From the NCBI GenBank assembly GCA_964549355.1, contig CAZJUS010000002.1, positions 1-48,520 of the forward strand: DNA of 48,520 nt, written 5' to 3'. Positions 33,527 through 41,167 of the stretch are shown here, in pieces. Position 1 is the first letter of the stretch. Each line of letters opens with the position of its first letter. The translations under genes were made by a program, and so were the position numbers. The stretch comes from Candidatus Undinarchaeota archaeon (GTDB lineage: Archaea > SpSt-1190). Under the pieces are notes generated by a model. It was given only the letters and a program-made list of their open reading frames with translations, was not told the DNA's origin and ran no database searches.

Positions 33527-33762
33527 TAGCGGAAGCTGCCATCTTTGCCGTCTGCCTTTACGGTTTGATGAGGGAGGGCGATATACTGAAGGTGGCTGCG
33601 ATAGTGAGCTTCCTGGCATACCCCGCAATTCTGCTTTTTGCCAAGGCCGGCGCTGAGCAGGCGGTCCTGCTGATACTGGCCATAGAGGCGGTGCCTTTTG
33701 CATTCTCAATTCTGCTGCTGAAAATTGTGGGGCGGAGGAATTACAGGGTGATGTGGAAATGA
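33523..33762 (+). CDS. NuoK/MrpC-like membrane subunit
   Basis: 79 aa, with hydrophobic helices in a pattern typical of MnhC/NuoK (AIFAVCLYGLM...ILAIEAVPFAFSILLL). Confidence 0.65.
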   Translation: MIAEAAIFAVCLYGLMREGDILKVAAIVSFLAYPAILLFAKAGAEQAVLLILAIEAVPFAFSILLLKIVGRRNYRVMWK

Positions 33763-35195
33763 TAGTGGTGCTTTTGCTCTTGGTTGCCGGTGCCGTCCTG
33801 TCTTTCATAAGCCCCCTTGCTTCTGTGGTGGCTGCGGGGGCGTCGCTGGCATGGGCTTTGTTTTTTGGGGCTTCAATGACTGAGCTGATATCCCTGCTGG
33901 TGGGCTTCTCGACCCTGCTGTTCGCCCTCTGGTATCTGAAGGAGGAGCACCTGAAAAAAGAATTCTTCTCCGCCATGGCGGTTTTTCTTGCAGCCATGCT
34001 CCTTTTCCTCCAGTCTGCCGACTGGATTCAGATGTATATCGCGTGGGAGTTCATGGGCTTTTGTTCGTATATCCTGATTGCCCAGAAGTCAACAATAGCA
34101 AGCCGGAAGGCCGCCCGGAAGGCCTTCATATTCAGCAGGCTGAGCGGGGTGTGCTTCCTGGCCGCCGTTGCCCTGATTTATGCCCAGACAGGCTCCTTCA
34201 GCTTCTCGGTCATACCAGCCCTGCCGGCCGTCCTGCTCCTGGTTGCAGCTATGGCCAAATCATCCCAGTTCCCCTTTTTCTGGCTCCACGACGCCATGGA
34301 GGCCCCCACGCCCGCGTCGGCCCTGCTCCACTCCGCCACCATGGTTGCCGCCGGCCCCCTGCTCCTTGCCAGGTTCCCTGACTTTTTTGTATTCCTGCTT
34401 CCTGCCATAAAAATCTGGGCAGCGGTCTCAATTGCAGTTGCATCCTTCGCTGCCCTCGTCCAGGAGCACCAGAAGAAGGTGCTGGCATTTTCGACTGTGG
34501 CTGCCGTCGCCTTCCTTTACACCATCTTCGACTCGGCTTTGCTGCCTTGGGCCTTTTCAGTCCACGCCCTGCTGAAGTCGGCATTGTTCCTGCTGGTGGG
34601 CACTTATGCTTCGTCCGTGAATTACTCCATGGAGGTGGGCCTGGACAAGAGATCCCGCACTTCATATCTGACTTTGTTCATCATACTTGCTTTGTCGGGG
34701 GTCCCGCCTTTCGGCCTCTTTTGGTTCAAGGCTGCTGAAGGCCCCATCGCAGCTTTGACCGTGTTTTTGTCCCTGCTTTATTTCCTCCGCTCATATTTCC
34801 TGACCTTTTCCGGGGGCGTAAAACCGCAGGAGAGCATCGGCACTCTTTTGGCAGGAGTTCTTGCAGCAGTTTCAATTCCCCTCTCCATTCACTTTTTTTC
34901 AGTTCCACAGGATGTGCTGTCCTTTTTCTTGTCTGCAATAGCAATAGCGTTTGTTTCGTTCCGCTTCAGCCCGCTGCAGTTTATAGGCAATGCAGCAAAT
35001 TGGCTTGCCTCATATGAACCGCGCGTAGATTATGTGCCGGAAGGGTTGATTGACAAATGGGGGTATGATTTCGGAATCAGCGTGAGGCATGCGTCAAAGA
35101 AAATTCATTCACTGTTTACGGGGCCAGTCAGCAAAGATATCGGATATATCGCCCTTTCACTGGCTGCTCTTGCATTGGGGGTGAAATTGTGCTGA
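33753..35195 (+). CDS. NuoL/MrpA-type proton-translocating antiporter-like subunit
   Basis: Contains WEFMGFCSYILI and KSSQFPFFWLHDAMEAPTPASALLHSATMVAAG. Confidence 0.9.
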   Translation: MEMIVVLLLLVAGAVLSFISPLASVVAAGASLAWALFFGASMTELISLLVGFSTLLFALWYLKEEHLKKEFFSAMAVFLAAMLLFLQSADWIQMYIAWEFMGFCSYILIAQKSTIASRKAARKAFIFSRLSGVCFLAAVALIYAQTGSFSFSVIPALPAVLLLVAAMAKSSQFPFFWLHDAMEAPTPASALLHSATMVAAGPLLLARFPDFFVFLLPAIKIWAAVSIAVASFAALVQEHQKKVLAFSTVAAVAFLYTIFDSALLPWAFSVHALLKSALFLLVGTYASSVNYSMEVGLDKRSRTSYLTLFIILALSGVPPFGLFWFKAAEGPIAALTVFLSLLYFLRSYFLTFSGGVKPQESIGTLLAGVLAAVSIPLSIHFFSVPQDVLSFFLSAIAIAFVSFRFSPLQFIGNAANWLASYEPRVDYVPEGLIDKWGYDFGISVRHASKKIHSLFTGPVSKDIGYIALSLAALALGVKLC

Positions 35196-36334
35196 CAGTT
35201 GCAATGCTCATGGTTTCGGCTCTGGTTGCCCTGGCCCTTCCATGGCTGGCGGTGCTGATGGGCCTCATTTCGTTTTTGTTCATCCAAGTCCCGTTCACTT
35301 TTGAATGGCTTCCGGGCATAACGTTTTCATGGGGTCTTCGGCATCCCGGGCTGGCCGGGACTGCAGCTTTGCTCTCAGCAATTTCCTTGATATACGCACG
35401 CAGGATGGAGAAGCAACAGCTTTCACTTTTCCTGCTTTTCTTTGCAGGCCTTATAGGTTTTTTCGGAGCGACCGCTCCTTTGGAAGTCTTCTTCTTTTTG
35501 GAGCTTATGCTCTTTCCGGCATTTTATATTATACTCAAGGAAGACCCCTCTGCAGCCTTCAAGTATTTCGGCTTCATGCAGGTGTCTTCGGTGCTTGTGC
35601 TGGCCGGGCTGGTCGGCCAGGGCATGCTGGCTTCATTCATTCTGACAATGGGGTTTTCAATAAAAATGGGCATCTTTCCTTTTCATTCGTGGCTTCCGGA
35701 CGCCCACTCACAGGCCCCCTTCCCGTTGTCGGCCCTGCTGAGCGGTTGCGTTGTTGCGTGCGGGGCATACGGCATTCTGCGGTTTTCCACGACCCCCCTG
35801 CTTGTCCTGCCCCTCGGCGTAATCTCCGCAGTCTACGGCGCCTTCATGGCAGCTTCGGAAAAGGACGTGAAGCGCCTGCTTGCGCATTCCACTGTCTCCC
35901 AGATGGGCTATGCTGCAATTGCTCTGGCAGTGGCTCCGGAGTTCGTGGTCTTGTTCCTGGTTGCCCATGCACTTGCGAAAGCCGGCTTGTTTTATGCTGC
36001 AGGCGAGATTTTTTCGGCAACAGGCCTCCGCCAAATTCCGGACATGGGGGTTGCTTCCAAGACATTGTTTGTTTCCGCCTCCCTTTCAATTCTGTCCATG
36101 CTGGGCTTTCCGCCCCTCCTGGGCTTCTTTGCGGAGATAGGCATCATCACATCATCCTTGAGCAGTATGCCGGCATTGGTTCCTTTCCTTCTGGTTGCTT
36201 TCTTTCCGACCATCCTGTATTCCGAGCGCCTGATTTCAATATTCTTCAAGAGGTCAGAACGCAGGGTTGAGGCGGGCCTTCCCGTCATTACTGCAGTCCT
36301 GCTGTTGTTGGGGGTGTTTATGTGGATGCAATGA
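35189..36334 (+). CDS. NuoM/MrpD-type antiporter-like subunit
   Basis: Contains KMGIFPFHSWLPDAHSQAPFPLSALLSG. Confidence 0.88.
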   Translation: MLTVAMLMVSALVALALPWLAVLMGLISFLFIQVPFTFEWLPGITFSWGLRHPGLAGTAALLSAISLIYARRMEKQQLSLFLLFFAGLIGFFGATAPLEVFFFLELMLFPAFYIILKEDPSAAFKYFGFMQVSSVLVLAGLVGQGMLASFILTMGFSIKMGIFPFHSWLPDAHSQAPFPLSALLSGCVVACGAYGILRFSTTPLLVLPLGVISAVYGAFMAASEKDVKRLLAHSTVSQMGYAAIALAVAPEFVVLFLVAHALAKAGLFYAAGEIFSATGLRQIPDMGVASKTLFVSASLSILSMLGFPPLLGFFAEIGIITSSLSSMPALVPFLLVAFFPTILYSERLISIFFKRSERRVEAGLPVITAVLLLLGVFMWMQ

Positions 36335-37512
36335 TTCTGCTGGCCCTAATCCTGCCGTTCACCGGGAAGTTCCGGAAGCCCGCGACCGCCCTTGCCTTCC
36401 TGTTTGCTCTTGCCACAGCGTTCATTCACAATTACTTCATAGCTATTTTCTTTTTCATTCTTTCACTCATTGTGATATGGCTTTCAGATTGGGAAACTTA
36501 CAAGTACCCTTTGTTCTTTCTGGCAATGTTTGATTTGATGGGCATCCTGAACAGCAGCAATCTCCTGAACCTTTTTATTTATTTTGAGCTGGCAATATAC
36601 GCTTCCTATTTTTTGATTTTTGAGCACCGCGATTTGAGAGCGATAGTCCGGTATTTCATAGTGAATGCAGTTGGAAGCGCCATGATGCTTTTTTCAGTTG
36701 CCCTTTCATACTACACCACCGGTTCACTTTTGATTCTTCCCCCTGATGCTGCAATATTCTTTGCGCTGGGCCTCCTTGTAAAACTCGGAATTGCCCCCTT
36801 TCAGGACTGGCTGGTTGAAATATACAGGGAAGCTTCGCTTTCGACTATAATCTTCTTTTCGGCGGTGCTTACAGAAATCAGCCCCCTTGCACTGCTTATT
36901 GTGATAAAAGAGCCTTCCATCCCCCTGCAGGTTTTTGCGTTGTTTTCAATGCTCGTTGCCAATCTGATGCTTTTGAATGAGACCTCAATGAGGCGCATGC
37001 TTGCACTTTTTGATGCATCAAACCTCGCGTATGATTTGCTGGCCATATCGATAGCAACTACGGCGTCCCGGACTGCAGCGCTGTTCATGATGTTCTGCCA
37101 CGTGCTTGCCATGTGCTTTGCGTTCACTGCACTCTATATCTCCCAATCGAAAACCATCTTTGACCTGCGGGCGCCAAAGGGGCTGAAGCTTCCCTTTTAT
37201 GTTTCGTTCTTTGCCCTCTCGGGGCTCCCGCCTTTTCACTTGTTCCCCAGCAAGCTTATGCTGTTCTCGTCAGTTTTTTCAGCTTCGCATCCGTTCTCGT
37301 ACATCCTGCTGTTCAGTCTCATGCTTGGGGCGTTGGCAGTCCTTAGGGTTTTGTATTCAATCCGGGGAAGCCGGGAAGTGAAAGTCCCAGCCAAGGCAAA
37401 AATTTTTCTTTACGGCATGCTCATCGTTTCAATATTTTTAGGAATATTTCCTGACCCATTTTTCAAAGCAATTCGTTCACAACTCCCTCTTTTGGGCGGG
37501 GCGGGAACGTAA
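36322..37512 (+). CDS. NuoN/MrpD-type antiporter-like subunit (divergent)
   Basis: VKLGIAPFQDWLVEIYREASLSTIIFFSAV has the same architecture as the preceding gene. Confidence 0.8.
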   Translation: MDAMILLALILPFTGKFRKPATALAFLFALATAFIHNYFIAIFFFILSLIVIWLSDWETYKYPLFFLAMFDLMGILNSSNLLNLFIYFELAIYASYFLIFEHRDLRAIVRYFIVNAVGSAMMLFSVALSYYTTGSLLILPPDAAIFFALGLLVKLGIAPFQDWLVEIYREASLSTIIFFSAVLTEISPLALLIVIKEPSIPLQVFALFSMLVANLMLLNETSMRRMLALFDASNLAYDLLAISIATTASRTAALFMMFCHVLAMCFAFTALYISQSKTIFDLRAPKGLKLPFYVSFFALSGLPPFHLFPSKLMLFSSVFSASHPFSYILLFSLMLGALAVLRVLYSIRGSREVKVPAKAKIFLYGMLIVSIFLGIFPDPFFKAIRSQLPLLGGAGT

Positions 37513-38106
37513 TTATATTGTGAATTCTTTCATATCTTCTGAAAGCTTTTCAAAATCTTTCTCCGACATTTTTTCAACAACAACTCCGGCATGGACCAGG
37601 ACAAAATCTCCTTTCTTCAAGCCGGGCATTCCGAACTTAACTTTCTTCTGCTCGCCGTTGATTTCTATAATTTTTTCTTTCTCGTCTATGATTTTTGCCG
37701 GGAATGCCATGCACACTTCTACCACCTTTATTGCTTCGCGGGCGTTGGCCTTTGCCTGCCTGCTGATTTTCCCTCCAAGCCGGCGGTTATAAGTTTTTAT
37801 GCCGACCAGCCACACACGGGCCCCGGTGAATTTTTCGATTTTTTTCAGATCAAGTTTGTGCGTGTAGAAAGAGTCTGCGGGCACCTCCCTGATGATTCTG
37901 TATGGGCCGTCTCCGTCGAAATGGGCTGCATCGATTATTATTATTCTGCCGGCGCCCCGGAGCCGCCCCAGCATATTTTCCGGGGTTTCATGGGCGAAAA
38001 AAACTTTGAATCCGCGGGTTTCCAGCAGTTTCCCGGCGTAGAGTCCGACCCCGTCGTCGCCCCGCAGGTCGTTGCCCACTGCCAGAATCCTGATGTCCTG
38101 TGGCAT
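37513..38106 (-). CDS. In-frame fusion of hydrogenase maturation endopeptidase (HycI/HyaD-like) and HypC chaperone
   Basis: The N-terminal part ILAVGNDLRGDDGVG...IIIDAA is protease-like. The C-terminal part (V)CMAFPAKII...KKGDFVLVHAGVVV is HypC-like. No stop lies between them. An internal GTG at 37716 precedes the HypC Cys. Confidence 0.8.
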   Translation of the reverse strand: MPQDIRILAVGNDLRGDDGVGLYAGKLLETRGFKVFFAHETPENMLGRLRGAGRIIIIDAAHFDGDGPYRIIREVPADSFYTHKLDLKKIEKFTGARVWLVGIKTYNRRLGGKISRQAKANAREAIKVVEVCMAFPAKIIDEKEKIIEINGEQKKVKFGMPGLKKGDFVLVHAGVVVEKMSEKDFEKLSEDMKEFTI

Positions 38107-38137
38107 ACTGGTTTTATGGAAGATTATTTTAATAGAT

Positions 38138-38857
38138 ATGTCCAAACTACACTGCCGAATGCGAAGGCGGTGTCTGCCAGTGAATTACCTCAAGAATCTC
38201 CTCCAGTTTTCATATACGCCGAACAGGCTTGGGTTTTGCGGTGCCAAAAAGCCCGGCATCTATGCTTTGCTGGACAAAGACAAATGGAGCAGTGCTGATG
38301 TCCGCGAGGTGAAAGATTTTCTCGGGGGCTTTAAGGCTATGATGGCGTATTTGAAAGCCGTTTCAAAGGCATGTGGCAGGGACCTCTTCGATGAAGCAGT
38401 AGTGAATGCGTATCTTGTTGGATGGGACAGATGGAATGAATTTGACATTGCAGATATCCTTAAGGATGAACTTAAGGCTATTTCAATTCCAGAGCAGCTT
38501 GAAAGAATCAACAGGCTTCCGCACGACGGTCCGTTCACTCATAATTTTCATGTGCTTTATTTCGGCTCGGTTGCGACCGAAATCCCCGGAATAGAAAAAT
38601 TGGCAGACTACTGCAAAGTTTCACTCGGAACTTTCATTGACGGCAAGACAGTCGAGTATAATAAACTCTTGCCGGATTATAGAATCGTTTCTGGCCGGAT
38701 GGAAGTGAAGACCCCGAAGTTTTTAGCCCCGGAAAAAGGAGACCGCGCATTTATTCACTATAAGCAGGTTTTCAAAATGGCCGGACCTGAGGACACAGAG
38801 ATATACAACGATAATTTTTCACGGGTTCTGTCACTTGCCAGTTCTCTTAAAAAGTGA
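38138..38857 (+). CDS. Conserved-looking hypothetical protein
   Basis: Long ORF containing LQFSYTPNRLGFCG. An alternative start at 38159 fits the AT-rich box at 38123-38134 better. Confidence 0.6.
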   Translation: MSKLHCRMRRRCLPVNYLKNLLQFSYTPNRLGFCGAKKPGIYALLDKDKWSSADVREVKDFLGGFKAMMAYLKAVSKACGRDLFDEAVVNAYLVGWDRWNEFDIADILKDELKAISIPEQLERINRLPHDGPFTHNFHVLYFGSVATEIPGIEKLADYCKVSLGTFIDGKTVEYNKLLPDYRIVSGRMEVKTPKFLAPEKGDRAFIHYKQVFKMAGPEDTEIYNDNFSRVLSLASSLKK

Positions 38858-39160
38858 ACCCATCCACCTGAATGGTGTGAATACAATACGGACGAGTGTG
38901 CCTGCCAGATAGCCGATGAAGAGCTTGCCTCCGAAAAGCATGGCTGCCGGGGACGCGGTCCAGTTGGTCGACAGGGCATAAAAACTTGCAGGCAGTACTG
39001 CCGCCAGCAGAGAAAAGACAGAGCCCACCAATCTGCTGACGCTCCCGCGGGTGAAAAGGCCGACAGCAAGCCCGACGGCTATTGGAAGGATCAGACTGCC
39101 TGTTCCGAGATGTATTGGGATGAACCATGAGGCGAGGCCCAGCAGTATGAGTTCAAGCAT
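38831..39160 (-). CDS. Small membrane protein (109 aa)
   Basis: Three or four hydrophobic segments. The ATG (39160-39158) directly abuts the 3' end of tRNA-Lys. Confidence 0.5.
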   Translation of the reverse strand: MLELILLGLASWFIPIHLGTGSLILPIAVGLAVGLFTRGSVSRLVGSVFSLLAAVLPASFYALSTNWTASPAAMLFGGKLFIGYLAGTLVRIVFTPFRWMGSLFKRTGK

Positions 39161-39233
39161 CGGGCCCGGGGGGATTCGAACCCCCGGCCACTGGGTTAAA
39201 AGCCCAGCGCTCTACCGACTGAGCTACGAGCCC
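39161..39233 (-). tRNA. tRNA-Lys (anticodon UUU), no encoded CCA, no intron
   Basis: The minus strand reads GGGCTCG TA GCTC AGTCGGTA GAGC G CTGGG CTTTTAA CCCAG TGGCC GGGGG TTCGAAT CCCCC CGGGCCC G. This folds as a full cloverleaf with one G-U pair in the acceptor stem. Confidence 0.93.
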
Positions 39234-39272
39234 GAACTTTCACGAAGTTCGATCACGGTGCCTGCTTCGCCT

Positions 39273-39302
39273 GCTTCGCGGCTCAGCAGGCAGATTAGTT
39301 TT
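39273..39302. repeat. 30-nt conserved motif, copy B (gcttcgcggctcagcaggcagaTtagtttt), upstream of tRNA-Lys
   Basis: 29/30 identical to 55-84. It lies 39 nt upstream of the mature tRNA 5' end when read on the minus strand. Confidence 0.55.
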
Positions 39303-39305
39303 GAT

Positions 39306-39326
39306 CAACCTTTTCTTAAAAGGTTG
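39306..39326. other. Perfect 9-bp hairpin (caacctttt-ctt-aaaaggttg) flanked by an AT/T-rich run
   Basis: The inverted repeat was read directly from the sequence. In minus orientation it precedes the 30-nt motif, as the hairpin at about 102-119 does for copy A. Confidence 0.5.
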
Positions 39327-39562
39327 CTTTAAATTATTTTTTTGGAATATAAAGCATTCGGATATTTGTTTTTCAGAAAGAGTGGCAATGGAAATTGGGG
39401 GAGTGGCAACAGAAACCATATTAGCATCCTCGTCCAAGGATTGTTTGCGGTCTATCGCAACCTTTTTAAATAATCATTCAGGATTTAATCAGTGTCCGGG
39501 TTTAACTCTTTTTCTGATGGTTTTTTGGCCTCAGGACATGATTTTAAAGGAGCTGGAACAAA

Positions 39563-41167
39563 ATGACTGCATCTAGGCTTGCTGTTTTGGCGAAGGCTTT
39601 TTTTGACGAAAACGGTTTTGTAGGCCACCAGATAGACTCCTTCAACAATTTTCTCCGCAACGGGCTCCAAAAAGTCATAGATGAGGTGGGCGCGATAGAA
39701 CCCCTTGTCTTCCCGCCCGGGTATGACACCTACCGGCTGAAGTTCGGCAAGATCCGCATTCTTCCGCCTGTGGCCCGCGAGGCCGACGGCAGTTCTTCAA
39801 TGATGTACCCCATGGAGGCCAGGATCCGCCAGCTTACTTACTCCGTTCCGCTCCAGGTTGAGATTATTCCCGAAGGCAACGGTGTTGCAGGCGAAGCCAT
39901 CTGGACTGAGATCGGTTCGATACCCCTCATGGTCCGGAGTGAGCGGTGCATCCTGAGCGGGCTCAGCAATGATGAGCTGGTTGAGGTGGGTGAAGACCCT
40001 TATGACCCCGGCGGATACTTCATTATCAACGGAACCGAACGGGTGCTCATGACTATAGAAGACCTGCTGCCCAATGTGCCTCTTATTGAGAAGCCCAAGT
40101 CCGGCACTGCCGAGGAGTCTGCCCGGATTTTCAGCGAGGTCCCCGGCTTCCGCGTGCCCCACTTGTTTGAGAGGCGCAGGGACGGCATACTTTATGTTTC
40201 CTGGGCCCGCGTCCCCCGTGTGCCGATTGCAATAGTGCTTAAGGCGATGGGCCTGGACTCCGACCGCGCCATTGCAACAGCCATATCGGAGGACCCGGAT
40301 TTCATTGAAGACTTGATGGTGAACCTGGAAGTGCTTGAAGAGATAAACACCCGCGAGGATGCTTTGGATTATATCGGCAAAAAGGTGAAGGTGGGGCAGG
40401 GCTCCGAGTACCGCATCAGCAGGGCCAGGTATCTGATTGCCAAATATCTGCTCCCGCATATCGGCCGTGAAGAGGCGGACAACAAGACCAAAATCCTCTA
40501 CATGGGGATGGTGGCCGAGAAACTGCTCAAGCTCCACCACGGAAAGCACATGCAGGACGACAAGGACCATTACGGCAACAAGAGGCTCAAGCTGGCCGGC
40601 GAGCTGATGGAGCAGCTGTTCCGCGCAGCCTTCAAGACCCTGGCCAACGACATGCAGTACAGCTTCGAGCGGGTTGTGAAGAGGGGCCACGAGCCGTCGC
40701 CCGCAACCATAGTCCGGAGCCAGCTCCTGACTTCCAGGATTGAATCTGCAATGGCAACGGGCTACTGGATAGGAGGCAGGACCGGTGTGGCCCAGCATCT
40801 GCAACGCCTCAATTATTTTGATACAGTCAGCCATCTGCGGAGGGTGATGAGCCCCCTGGCAAGCAGCCAGCCCCACTTTGAGGCCCGCGAACTGCACCCC
40901 ACCCAGTGGGGCAAGCTGTGCGTGGCGGAGACGCCCGAAGGCTCGAATATAGGCCTGAGGAAAAATCTGGCGCTCTTTGCCAAGACCAGCTCAAAGTCGA
41001 ATGAAGACGATGCCATGCGGGCGGTGAAGTGGGCTTTGAGGGAAGGCAGGAAAGCTGCCAGGGCTAAGGCGCCGGCGCCCAAAGCAAAGAAAACGGCGCC
41101 GAAGGCAAAGAAAAAAGCGCCTAAAACACAAGAAAGCAGGACCAAAGGTAAGGGGAATAAGAAATGA
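39563..41167 (+). CDS. rpoB2: DNA-directed RNA polymerase subunit B'' (N-terminal part of split RpoB) with a Lys/Ala/Pro-rich C-terminal tail
   Basis: Conserved RpoB N-terminal blocks (HQIDSFNNFL, DPGGYFIINGTERV, HYGNKRLKLAGEL, TPEGSNIGLRKNLAL). An aggag lies 11 nt upstream of the start. Confidence 0.95.
   Translation: MTASRLAVLAKAFFDENGFVGHQIDSFNNFLRNGLQKVIDEVGAIEPLVFPPGYDTYRLKFGKIRILPPVAREADGSSSMMYPMEARIRQLTYSVPLQVEIIPEGNGVAGEAIWTEIGSIPLMVRSERCILSGLSNDELVEVGEDPYDPGGYFIINGTERVLMTIEDLLPNVPLIEKPKSGTAEESARIFSEVPGFRVPHLFERRRDGILYVSWARVPRVPIAIVLKAMGLDSDRAIATAISEDPDFIEDLMVNLEVLEEINTREDALDYIGKKVKVGQGSEYRISRARYLIAKYLLPHIGREEADNKTKILYMGMVAEKLLKLHHGKHMQDDKDHYGNKRLKLAGELMEQLFRAAFKTLANDMQYSFERVVKRGHEPSPATIVRSQLLTSRIESAMATGYWIGGRTGVAQHLQRLNYFDTVSHLRRVMSPLASSQPHFEARELHPTQWGKLCVAETPEGSNIGLRKNLALFAKTSSKSNEDDAMRAVKWALREGRKAARAKAPAPKAKKTAPKAKKKAPKTQESRTKGKGNKK

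Noticed and set aside
35305-36270. 321-aa ORF in an alternative forward frame inside the MrpD-like gene.
   Set aside because: Its composition is rich in Arg, Gly, Cys and Ser with no motifs. The overlapping frame carries clear antiporter-subunit signatures.
39301-39576. 91-aa ORF upstream of rpoB2 as a candidate rpoH.
   Set aside because: It has no resemblance to RpoH motifs. The sequence is AT-rich and low in complexity, and it runs across the Shine-Dalgarno sequence and start of rpoB2.
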